Below are positions 49,522 through 60,215 of a stretch of 64,000 bases of DNA, piece by piece. A model generated the notes under the pieces. The model had not been told where the DNA came from. It did no database searches and saw nothing but the letters and a program-made list of their open reading frames with translations. Source of the DNA: Phycisphaerae bacterium (lineage in GTDB: Bacteria; Planctomycetota; Phycisphaerae; UBA1845); NCBI GenBank assembly GCA_963666835.2, contig CAXXGO010000006.1, positions 480,001-544,000 on the forward strand. Direction: 5' to 3'. Position numbers and translations under genes: made by a program. The first letter of the stretch is position 1, and each line of letters starts with the position of its first letter.

Positions 49522-49818
49522 ATGGCAAAGCTGAACATCAAACCGCTCGGCGATAAGGTGATCGTCAAGCGCGTCGAGGCTGAGGAGACAACTGCCGGCG
49601 GTATCGTCCTTCCGGATTCGGCTAAGGAAAAGCCGAAGCGCGGAATCGTGCTGGCGGTGGGCAGCGGTCGCCTGCTGGACGACGGAACCCGTAGCGAAAT
49701 GCAGGTCAAGAAGAACGACGAAGTGCTCTTCTCCAGTTATGCCGGGACCGAGATCAAAGTCGGGCCGGAAGAGTACATGATAATGGACGAGACGGACATC
49801 CTGGGGATCATCGGCTAG
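49522..49818 (+). CDS. groES: Co-chaperonin GroES
   Basis: IKPLGDKVIVK, TAGGIVLPDSAKEKP, YAGTEIK. Confidence 0.98.
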   Translation: MAKLNIKPLGDKVIVKRVEAEETTAGGIVLPDSAKEKPKRGIVLAVGSGRLLDDGTRSEMQVKKNDEVLFSSYAGTEIKVGPEEYMIMDETDILGIIG

Positions 49819-49938
49819 CGAGCGGCGGACCGAACAAGGCGAAAGGTCAGCGGCGCGTCCGCGGCCGGCGGCTCGATCGAGCCGTTCTTCGCCGTTTCAG
49901 GTTTGCCTTTCCGACAAGACAAGGGGAGGTATCAGAAT

Positions 49939-51606
<1,668 letters not shown>

Positions 51607-51754
51607 GAGCGCCGTGACCTCGGCTATTCAAAGTCGCGGGCGGCGCAGCGCCGCCCGGAACGGAATAAGCAGGCGAAGTTGGTCGCCCTCGCCGAGGCCG
51701 ACTGCGGAGCCTGTCCAGGAGACCGATGATTGGCCCACGGTCGATGATCAAACG

Positions 51755-51794
51755 ACACCCCGCCGACACTCTCCGGTCGGCGGGGTGTTTGTTT
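51755..51794 (+). terminator. Intrinsic terminator after groEL
   Basis: ACACCCCGCCGAC...GTCGGCGGGGTGT followed by TTGTTT. Confidence 0.75.
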
Positions 51795-51954
51795 GCGCTC
51801 GCGGTGACCGGTGGCCGATCCAGAGATGTAGTCCGGCGCAGTCGCCGAACGGAGGTTTTCGCTTTGATGGTGGTTGTGTTGCCCCATCAGGCGAGTTACC
51901 GTTCCCGCCTGTGCTGGTGTGGTTTGACCTGCAAAATCAAGAAAGAGGGGTACT

Positions 51955-53322
51955 ATGACCATCGCGCGCCGGTTGGCTGAATGGGCCGACAATCTGAAAT
52001 ACGAAGATCTCCCGGAAAAGACCGTTCATGAAGTAAAACGCCGCATGGTCGACTCGCTGGGCACGGCGTTGGGAGCCTATCGCTGCCAGCCGCCTCGTAT
52101 TGTGCGGGCTCGCGCCAAGGCGGTCAGCGATATGCCGCCGGCCTCGACCGTTTGGGGCAGCCGCCATTTCGTACCCCCGCAACGTGCCGCTTTCGCCAAC
52201 GGCACTATGGTCCGATATCTCGATTACAACGACACGTACATAAGCCTGGAATCGGCTCATCCTTCGGACAATATTCCCGCAGCGGTGGCCGTCACCCAGG
52301 TAACCGGGGGCACGGGGAAAGACCTGATCGTCGCCACCGTCCTCGGCTATGAGATCCAGTGCCGCATGTGTGACGCCGCAAGCTTGCGGGCCGGCGGTTG
52401 GGATCACGTGATCTACGGAGCAATATCCACCGCGCTGCTGGCCGCTAAGCTCTGGGGCGCAACCGTAGAGCAGATGGAGCACGCCCTGGGCATCGCCGGA
52501 GTGTGCAATATCTCCATCCGCCAGACGCTTACCGGTCAGCTCGCGGATTGGAAGGGTTGCGCCTTTGCCAACGCGGCGCGGAACGGCATTTGCGCCGCCG
52601 ATCTCGCCCGCCGGGGCTTGTCCGGCCCGAACGAGATCTTCGAAGGGCCCCGCGGACTGATCAGACAGCTCAACGTACCGGGTCTGGCGGAAATCGTCCT
52701 CGGTGGCAAAGGCGATTTCATGATCGACAAGACCTACGTCAAGTACTGGCCGGCCGAGTACCACTCGCAATCGGCTATTGAAGCCGTCTTGGCGCTGCGG
52801 CCGCAGATCGAAGGCAAAGAGATCAACGAGGTTTTCATCAAGACCAGCGCTGCCGCGGCCGGGGTCATCGGCAACGAGGCCGACAAACGCCGGCCGACCT
52901 CGCGGGAGACCGCGGATCACTCGATGCCCTATTGCTGTGCGGCCGCCCTGCTTGATGGTGACGTTACCCTGGCAGCGTTCGCAGAAGAACGTCTCACCGA
53001 TCCCAAGCTCTTGGCCTTAACGGACAAGGTCAAGATCGTCGAAGACGATGGACTCAGCAAGGAGTATCCGAAGAAGATCGCCAGCGACGTTACGATCACC
53101 TGCACCGACGGCACGAAGGTCAACAAACGGGTGGATTACCCGCGCGGTCACGCCGAGAACCCGATGACCGACGACGAGATCGTGGCCAAGTTCAACCGGC
53201 TGGCCGATGGCGTGATCAGCAGCGATACGGCGGATCTGATTCTCGAGCAGGTTTGGAAGCTCGATGAACTGCAGAAGGTGACTCCCTTGTTTGCTTTCAA
53301 GATCCTCGGGAAGAAGAGTTAA
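51955..53322 (+). CDS. prpD: MmgE/PrpD family (2-methylcitrate dehydratase-like)
   Basis: ANGTMVRYLDYNDT, HPSDNI, GWDH, WKGCA, KYWPAEYHSQSA, RETADHSMPY. Confidence 0.92.
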   Translation: MTIARRLAEWADNLKYEDLPEKTVHEVKRRMVDSLGTALGAYRCQPPRIVRARAKAVSDMPPASTVWGSRHFVPPQRAAFANGTMVRYLDYNDTYISLESAHPSDNIPAAVAVTQVTGGTGKDLIVATVLGYEIQCRMCDAASLRAGGWDHVIYGAISTALLAAKLWGATVEQMEHALGIAGVCNISIRQTLTGQLADWKGCAFANAARNGICAADLARRGLSGPNEIFEGPRGLIRQLNVPGLAEIVLGGKGDFMIDKTYVKYWPAEYHSQSAIEAVLALRPQIEGKEINEVFIKTSAAAAGVIGNEADKRRPTSRETADHSMPYCCAAALLDGDVTLAAFAEERLTDPKLLALTDKVKIVEDDGLSKEYPKKIASDVTITCTDGTKVNKRVDYPRGHAENPMTDDEIVAKFNRLADGVISSDTADLILEQVWKLDELQKVTPLFAFKILGKKS

Positions 53323-53408
53323 CCGGACAAGCCGGCGGGGTCTCCAATAAACAGTGCCCCGTCCTTCTGGCGTAAATAGCAGTTAACGAAAAGCCTCGTA
53401 CACAGCTT

Positions 53409-53653
53409 GTAGGGCATGGTCGAGGCACGAGACCTGCCGAAACGGCGCGCACCCTGCGAAGACTGATTGCGGAAGAGGACTACGTCGGGGCTTTCCGTCG
53501 GTCCCCCACCCATTCCGGCCGTGGGTGGACGCAACAGTCCCAGCTCGACAAACGCCGGTATGGGGCACCCGCGCGTAGCGCAGGCTTCCAGCCTGCTGGA
53601 TGGGCGGTGGGCTAACGGCACGTTTGAAGATGCAGACAGGATGTCTGCGTTAC
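53409..53653. repeat. Mosaic REP block 9 (A+C, then an inverted F pair)
   Basis: A at 53409-53438; C ending at 53574; F at 53575-53596 and inverted F at 53632-53653. Confidence 0.88.
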
Positions 53654-53664
53654 GAGCGACAACC

Positions 53665-54237
53665 ATGCTGACGCGGATTCTGTTTGAAAGCCTGTGGCTG
53701 CTTGCGGCCGTGTGGGTCGGCGGGCAGTTTCTGCTGATCGCGCTGTGGTCCTGGCGACGAAGTCGCCTAACCGCCCGGATGGTCTGGGCCGGATTCGCCG
53801 CCGGGCCCTTGCTGTGGGTGATGTCCGCCCTGGTGGTCACGCCACGCGAGCGGATAGTCGAGCAGTGCGAAGAGTTGGCGGATTACGTCGATCAGGGTGA
53901 CATTGCGGCCATAACGCGTCATCTGCACGACGACTTCGCCGTAGCCGACTTCGACCGCGAATCGTTCGCCGACCGCCTCGAGCAGATGCTCACCCGGCAC
54001 CGCATCGACCGACCGCGTTTGCGCAGTTTCGATGTGGAGTTCTCGAAAGATGGAAACGCCGTAGCCGAGTTCAACGCCAGCGCCCTGGTTCGCGTGCCTG
54101 ACCTGTTCAGCGACCGCGTGGACTCGCATTGGCGGGTCATCTTCCGGCAAGACGGTGACCGCTGGCTGATTACCAAAATCGAAGGCCGCCCGGCCGCCCC
54201 GTTCGAGGGGCCCAACTTCGCCGGCTGGTTGCGTTAA
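53665..54237 (+). CDS. Two-TM protein with a SnoaL/NTF2-like domain
   Basis: Two hydrophobic helices, VVTPRERI, then GDIAAITRHLHDDF...FRQDGDRWLITKIE. Confidence 0.7.
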   Translation: MLTRILFESLWLLAAVWVGGQFLLIALWSWRRSRLTARMVWAGFAAGPLLWVMSALVVTPRERIVEQCEELADYVDQGDIAAITRHLHDDFAVADFDRESFADRLEQMLTRHRIDRPRLRSFDVEFSKDGNAVAEFNASALVRVPDLFSDRVDSHWRVIFRQDGDRWLITKIEGRPAAPFEGPNFAGWLR

Positions 54238-54440
54238 CCGAATAGGCGGCAGGCTGGAGGCCAGGCCAGAACGGACCGTGCCCCGTTGGGTCCTTTAGCA
54301 GGTGCGAATCCCGCACTATCGCAAGACCCGGCGCGCCGCAGGGCAAGGAAACCGTTGGGGAGGCGTGGTCGGCCACCTGATTCGCGCGTATACTGGGGGG
54401 TTTGCGGGAACAAGGGCTTTTCGAGATTGAGGAGGCTCCC

Positions 54441-55496
54441 GTGTCCGGAACCAAACGCGCGTTTACGCTGATAGAATTGCTGGCCGTGATTGCGATCATC
54501 GGTCTGTTGGTTGGGTTGGTGCTTCCGTCCCTGAGCCGGGCTCGGCTGCAGGGTCGTTCGGTGGTCTGCCTCGCCCACCTCGGTGAGTTCGCCAAGGGCT
54601 GGCAGATGTACGCGGACGATAACGAGAGCATCATCCTTCCGGCCCGGATGTACGACAAGCCCGGGGGCAAAACCAACCGTGAGAACTGGTACGACGTAGG
54701 CAACGGCAAGAAGTACCGCCCTCGCTGGCCGGCGATAATCGGCGTATACGTCGGGGTCCCGGCCTTCAACGAGCCTCTGACCAAGGACAAGGACGGCATC
54801 CGTGCCGATTGGCAGGACTACGATAACGAGCTCTATTCGTGCCCCACGGAAGGAACCTGGATCAATGAGCGGAACTTCGCCTACGGCTACAACTACCAGT
54901 TCCTCGGCAACGCTCGCCAGACCAACGATACATACCATCGGTTCCCGGTGGCCATGCACCGGATCAAAGCCCCCAGCAAGACCGTGGTGTTCGGAGATTG
55001 CCTGGGAACGGCCGCCGGTTACCGCGCTTCGTCGCGGTCGAGCTATAACCGGCTTGGCACGTCGTTCACCAGTATGGGGAACCATGGTTTCACGTTGGAT
55101 CCGCCTCGATTGACCGAAGACTCGGATCGCGGATCGGGCAGCGCGGACTCCACGCGTACGGCGGTGGCGGCGCGCCATCAGGAGAAGGCGAACGTCGTTT
55201 TCGCCGACGGGCACGGCGAGGGCATGCCTCCTCGTGAGCTGGGCTATCGTACAAACCGTTTCGGGCGTTTCGTGGACCACGATCCGGCCGATGAGAGCGA
55301 GCCCAGCCCTGGTGAGGACCCTGCGACCGGAGTAGCCGATGCCGGCGACTGGTTCACAGGGCGCGCCAAGACGTGTAGCGTTCTTGCCGAGTTGGATCCG
55401 GATGATGAGGTCGAGGACGGCGCTCACAACCGGTTGTTCTCCGGGACGGGCCGTGATGAGGATCCGCCCGAAATACCGCAATATGTAGAGGAATAG
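54441..55496 (+). CDS. Prepilin-type N-methylation / DUF1559-like protein with H-X9-DG motif
   Basis: AFTLIELLAVIAIIGLLVGLVLPSLSRAR; YGYN; ARHQEKANVVFADGH; GAGGAGG SD. Confidence 0.92.
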   Translation: MSGTKRAFTLIELLAVIAIIGLLVGLVLPSLSRARLQGRSVVCLAHLGEFAKGWQMYADDNESIILPARMYDKPGGKTNRENWYDVGNGKKYRPRWPAIIGVYVGVPAFNEPLTKDKDGIRADWQDYDNELYSCPTEGTWINERNFAYGYNYQFLGNARQTNDTYHRFPVAMHRIKAPSKTVVFGDCLGTAAGYRASSRSSYNRLGTSFTSMGNHGFTLDPPRLTEDSDRGSGSADSTRTAVAARHQEKANVVFADGHGEGMPPRELGYRTNRFGRFVDHDPADESEPSPGEDPATGVADAGDWFTGRAKTCSVLAELDPDDEVEDGAHNRLFSGTGRDEDPPEIPQYVEE

Positions 55497-55998
55497 GGCG
55501 CGTCCAACGGCGCTTTCAGGCAGGTCGAGCGTACAACTCCGCCGGTCTTGGCAACATGTGGTATCGCAGCCACGGGCGTTAACAGGGCTGAGAAGGGCCA
55601 TACACATCGTATTCGGCGGTTGGTGACGGGCGGTGTTTGCGCGTAAGATGTTGTCTGAATGTGTGATCAGCATCCGGTCCTGCCGAATGCCGTGGTAGAC
55701 TCGGGCAATACCGAATAGACGCGCCGGTATCGGATCGAAGGGCTTTCGGAGGGGAGCAGCTATCGCCGCGGTGCGGGCGTCGCGACCTCCAAAGGCATTA
55801 CCGGGATCTGCCGATTTACGATTAGAGTCTATGCGGTTTGGGACATAGACGTTTCTGAGCGAAAAGCGTCCTCTCACCTGGCTCGCGCGGTCAGGCGACC
55901 GAGGAAAGCCACTCGGCAGGCGCAACAGGTGGTGGGCTGAAGGCCGCGGGGCCTTTCCGATCAAGTAGAAGTTTCGCAAACAAGAAGGAGTGTGTTTG

Positions 55999-57804
55999 AT
56001 GAGATGTAAACTCGCCGTATTCGTACTGGGATTGAGTCTGGTGCTGTCGGGGTCCGCGTCGGCCGGCGACGTCATGAAGGAGGCGCTGGCGGGTATTCCG
56101 CAGGACGCTATCGGGTTCATCTGCGTTCCCAGTCTCAAACAACTGGATACCGACTACGCTCAGGCGATTGAAGATCTGCAGTTGGGGATGTTCGTACCGC
56201 CGCCTATGAATTCGATTGTAGAGATCCTCAAACAGCAACTGCCGATGCTGGAGGGAATCGACGGCGAAGGCTCTCTCAGTGTGGTCTTCATGCCGGCCGC
56301 GACGTTGATGGAGTTGCAGAACAGCCAGGTGTTGCTCATTCCCACGAAAGACCCCAAAGCCATGGCCGAGGCTATGGGCGGGCAGGTCGGCGAAGGAGGC
56401 ATCTGGAACATCAACATGATGGGGCAGCCGGCATTCGCGGTGTTGGGTGAGAAGCGGCTGGTAGTGGCGGCCGGCGCCGAGACGGCTAAGGCCGTCAAGG
56501 AGAGCAAAGCCGGTATCAAGGACAAACTCAAGTCCTCCGACCTCGAGGCGCTGGCCGGTTTGGACGTAGCCGTCTGGCTCGACGGCGAGAAACTCCTCAC
56601 CCTGGCCAGGCCCATGATCGACGGGCTGCTGGGTCCGGTGATGGCGATGCAGGGCGCGGCCGGTGGCTTGGATGCCAAGGCGGCCGAAATGAACAAGAAG
56701 CGGATGGAGATGTTCATGGACGGCGTCCTGTCAGTCAGCTTCGGGCTCGCGTTGGACAAGGCCGGTTTGGGGCTGCGCGGGGCGTGGACGTCCAAACCCG
56801 GCAGTGAATTGACCAAGCAGACCAAGGTCCGGCCGACAACCGATTCGCTGCTACAGGGACTCTCCGGATCGAAGTACATGTTGGCCTTCGGGCAGACCGC
56901 AGATCCGGACACGTCGCGGGCTTCTGTGGATCAACTCGATCCGTTCTTCGAAATCGGCGAGGACGTCGAGGGAATCGACCCCGCTAAGTTGACGAAGCTG
57001 AAGGGGTTGGTCAAGGAATTGGCGCCGATGACTACGGCCATGCGAGGCAGTGTTGTGTCATTGGCTCCCGGTAGCGATGGATTGGTCGGCGCAACGGTGG
57101 TCTTCGAGACGACCGACAGCAAGCGCCATTTCGAGCTGTTCGGGAAACTGTTCGACCTCGGCAAGGAGATGGCGAGCGATGCCGCCAAGATCGAAGGCGC
57201 CGACGAAGAAGAGATCAAGATGTTCGTCGATGCCGCGACCTATAAGACCGAGGCGGAGGACATCGAAGGAGTCAAAGTCCATCAGTTGAGCTTCGACCTC
57301 TCCAAGATTGAGGATTTGGAGGACGAGGACTGGCTTGAGGATCTGGCCAACATCATCGGAAAAGACGGACTCATGGTGCGCATGGCTCCGATTGATGCCA
57401 AGACCGTCGTGATCGGCTTCGGCGGTGGGAAAGACCACATGGCTTCGGCCATCAAGCATGCCGGTACGAAGAAGGCCGCCTTGGACGAAGACGCCGGAAT
57501 CAAGAAGGTGGCGGCGGTCCTACCGAAAGAGCGTGCGGCGATCTTCTGTCTTGCGATTGACCAGATTCTGATCGGGATCGACAACATCATGAAAGCCCTG
57601 GAAGAGGAAGAGGGCTTGCCGGTGAAAATGCCGATCATCGATGCCCCGATTGCCATGCAGGTCACCGGAGGTGATGGATGGGGACGCGGCGATTTGTTCC
57701 TGCCGACCGAGCTGTTGGTGGCTGGGAAGAACGCCGGAATGATGATGATGGGATCGATGATGGCGCCGCCCGAAACGCCTCCGGCGCAGCCGGAGCAACC
57801 GTAG
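55999..57804 (+). CDS. Secreted hypothetical protein (DUF3352-like by general pattern)
   Basis: Signal peptide ending ASA; LAGIPQDAIGFI start; AAGGAG SD; strong coding bias. Confidence 0.75.
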   Translation: MRCKLAVFVLGLSLVLSGSASAGDVMKEALAGIPQDAIGFICVPSLKQLDTDYAQAIEDLQLGMFVPPPMNSIVEILKQQLPMLEGIDGEGSLSVVFMPAATLMELQNSQVLLIPTKDPKAMAEAMGGQVGEGGIWNINMMGQPAFAVLGEKRLVVAAGAETAKAVKESKAGIKDKLKSSDLEALAGLDVAVWLDGEKLLTLARPMIDGLLGPVMAMQGAAGGLDAKAAEMNKKRMEMFMDGVLSVSFGLALDKAGLGLRGAWTSKPGSELTKQTKVRPTTDSLLQGLSGSKYMLAFGQTADPDTSRASVDQLDPFFEIGEDVEGIDPAKLTKLKGLVKELAPMTTAMRGSVVSLAPGSDGLVGATVVFETTDSKRHFELFGKLFDLGKEMASDAAKIEGADEEEIKMFVDAATYKTEAEDIEGVKVHQLSFDLSKIEDLEDEDWLEDLANIIGKDGLMVRMAPIDAKTVVIGFGGGKDHMASAIKHAGTKKAALDEDAGIKKVAAVLPKERAAIFCLAIDQILIGIDNIMKALEEEEGLPVKMPIIDAPIAMQVTGGDGWGRGDLFLPTELLVAGKNAGMMMMGSMMAPPETPPAQPEQP

Positions 57805-57870
57805 ATTCTGCAGGTGGATGTCTGACGCGATGGCGGCACTTGCGCCATCACGAGATTGGAGGGAGAGACT

Positions 57871-60117
57871 ATGGGAAGGACCATTGTGTTCAGGTCAGTG
57901 ATTCTCCCGGCGGTGTTGTTGGTCGGCTTCGCGGCCGCCGCGCTCTGCCGGGCGCAGACTCCGAAGGCGGCGCCCACTCCACCGCCGGCGACAGCCGAGC
58001 CGGCCGAGACCGCTCCACCGCCGGCAACAGCCGAGCCGGTTGAGACCACGCCACCGCCTGCGGAAGCCGAGCCGGTTGAGAGTGCGGCGGCACCGGTGGT
58101 GGCCGAGGCTGCCCCGGCCGATACAGAGCCGGAACTCAAACCGCGCTTCGAACTGTACGTTCCGTCGGCCCGGAAGTTGGCGTCGGAGCTTCAGCGATCG
58201 CGGAGCGGCAAGTTCGCAAGCCTGCTGAGCCGGATGATGTTGGAACTGGCCGATTCCTCTGCGGAGGGCGTGGATGTCGGCGAGGCCACGGCTCTGGCGC
58301 AGCGGATCGGCGACTGGCCGGATTCCGCGATTGTCGTCAGCGTGTTCGCGCCGGATACCGAAGGCCGGCTGCGCTGGGCGGCGCGGTTCGATTGGTCCGT
58401 CGAGGATCTCGGCAAGCGGATCGAGGCCTTGATCAAGCTCGAAGCGGCCTCGGAGATGTTCGAAGGGCTTTCGCTGAAGGGCTGCGGTGAGAGCGGTTAT
58501 GAGCTGGTCCTGCGGGATACGCCGCTGGGCATTCTGGCTTCGGCCGGCGACGCTCAGGCGTATGTGCAGTCGCATGCGGATCTTCCCCTGCCGGATAAGC
58601 CGTTTACCGGCACGGAAGAGACGACTAAGGACGGTGCTCCGCTGGTGGTCTGCCGGTTGAACCTGGCCGGTACGGAGAAGGACAGCGGTGCCACATTCAT
58701 GTCATCGTTCAGCATTGTGACCGACGTAGTCTACGCCGGTCGGGTTGCGGAGGACGGCGGCTGGGCCGAGGAGGTTTACGTTCACTGGCCGCCGATTGCC
58801 GGGATGGGGGCCAAAGCCATGTTCGGCAAGGTCAAACAGACCTTCTTCGTTCCCCAAGAGGCTTTCGCCGCCGCGGCCTTCAAGACCGTGGCGGCTCCCG
58901 GAATACTCGAGCAGATGGCCGGCCTGGGGCAGCAGGTTATTATGGAATCTCCGGGACAGATCACCGTTATGGGAGATCCAGCGCCCGGACCGCTGGTCGC
59001 GGCGGTCGGAACGGAACTTTGTGTTACGCTCATGCCGGGTACCGGTTTTCTGCCGGCGCCGGATATCGTCGTGCAGGCGAAGATCAAGGACCCCGAAGAG
59101 CTGATGGAGGATCTCGAGCTCGCTGCGGAGGACGTGAATGACGAACTGCGAGAGCGCGAGCAGCCGGCGGCGTGGCGCAAGGCTACCGTGCGCGAGCGGA
59201 CGGTGATCTGGAGCGACGGCACCGGGCACGTTCCCGGGGCGTACTTGCCGTTCATCATGCGGCCGGTGTTGTTTGCCACTACCGAGACCGACGCGTTGGG
59301 CAAAGACAAGAACTTCCTGGTCATGGGTTGGACCACTACCAGCCCGAGGAACTTCGTTCGGCGGTGGCTGGATCAGCCGCGGCAAGATCCGCGTCATCTG
59401 CCGTTGAAGAAGAAGACAAACGGGCAGATGTGGGTCAATTGGGGGCAGGTCTACAAGTGGATCGCCCCCTATGCCAATACCGCGCTCAGTGCGGTCGTGC
59501 GAGACAGCCTGTTACCGAGTGCCGATGATATGGCAGCCGACCTTACGGACGGCCTGGTCACCATGAAGACCAGATATTCCGGCTTGCGCGTGGCCCATAC
59601 GGGACCGTTGCCGGTGGGGGCCTTTGTCGTGCCGTTGCTGGCCGGGATATCGGCGGCGCCGGACGAGTCCGGCGAGAGCGATTTGGCCCGCGAGCGACTG
59701 GCCAGTCAACGTCTGAAGGTGCTTTATCACCATTCCAAGCTGTTTCACAAGGATGTGGGGCGCTGGCCGGCGGAGGTGGCGGAACTCGAGGGCTATGTGG
59801 ATTTCGCCGGAAACCCCGGGTTGCTCCACCTGGAGCTATCCTCGCGCAAGGCGCGGAGCAACTGGTTCGAAGGGTTATTCGAGGTTGAAGACGAAGAGGA
59901 ACTGGAGGAAGAAGAGGAAGAAGGCGGGGTCGGCGTGGGTATCGACGACGATTTGTACGTAATCGAATGGGGCCGGGACTCCTGGCGCTTGGGGTTGGCT
60001 CCCGACACGCTCGAACACCTCGAGAAGCTATACATCGACCAGGACGGCGAAGTCCACCGGGTCGTGAAGACGGAAACGGAAGAGGGAAAGCAGGAATCCG
60101 AGGGCGGAGAGGTTTGA
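57871..60117 (+). CDS. Secreted hypothetical protein with Pro/Ala/Glu linker and a pseudopilin-like C-terminal segment
   Basis: Signal peptide; three PPPA[TE]AEP[AV]E repeats; LARERLASQRLKVLYHHSKLFHKDVGRWPAEVAEL. Confidence 0.75.
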   Translation: MGRTIVFRSVILPAVLLVGFAAAALCRAQTPKAAPTPPPATAEPAETAPPPATAEPVETTPPPAEAEPVESAAAPVVAEAAPADTEPELKPRFELYVPSARKLASELQRSRSGKFASLLSRMMLELADSSAEGVDVGEATALAQRIGDWPDSAIVVSVFAPDTEGRLRWAARFDWSVEDLGKRIEALIKLEAASEMFEGLSLKGCGESGYELVLRDTPLGILASAGDAQAYVQSHADLPLPDKPFTGTEETTKDGAPLVVCRLNLAGTEKDSGATFMSSFSIVTDVVYAGRVAEDGGWAEEVYVHWPPIAGMGAKAMFGKVKQTFFVPQEAFAAAAFKTVAAPGILEQMAGLGQQVIMESPGQITVMGDPAPGPLVAAVGTELCVTLMPGTGFLPAPDIVVQAKIKDPEELMEDLELAAEDVNDELREREQPAAWRKATVRERTVIWSDGTGHVPGAYLPFIMRPVLFATTETDALGKDKNFLVMGWTTTSPRNFVRRWLDQPRQDPRHLPLKKKTNGQMWVNWGQVYKWIAPYANTALSAVVRDSLLPSADDMAADLTDGLVTMKTRYSGLRVAHTGPLPVGAFVVPLLAGISAAPDESGESDLARERLASQRLKVLYHHSKLFHKDVGRWPAEVAELEGYVDFAGNPGLLHLELSSRKARSNWFEGLFEVEDEEELEEEEEEGGVGVGIDDDLYVIEWGRDSWRLGLAPDTLEHLEKLYIDQDGEVHRVVKTETEEGKQESEGGEV

Positions 60118-60215
60118 TCGATTGACGAGCCGAGCGGTCCTTTGCAGACGGACAGCGGAGGACGACGGGCGGAATCAATCGAGAACCTTGCGAACTTAAC
60201 AAAGGAGTTGCTCCT

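Noticed and set aside
55898..55917. RNase P RNA, suggested by GAGGAAAG
   Set aside because: It is followed by CCAC rather than TCC, and the conserved 3' P4 partner is absent.
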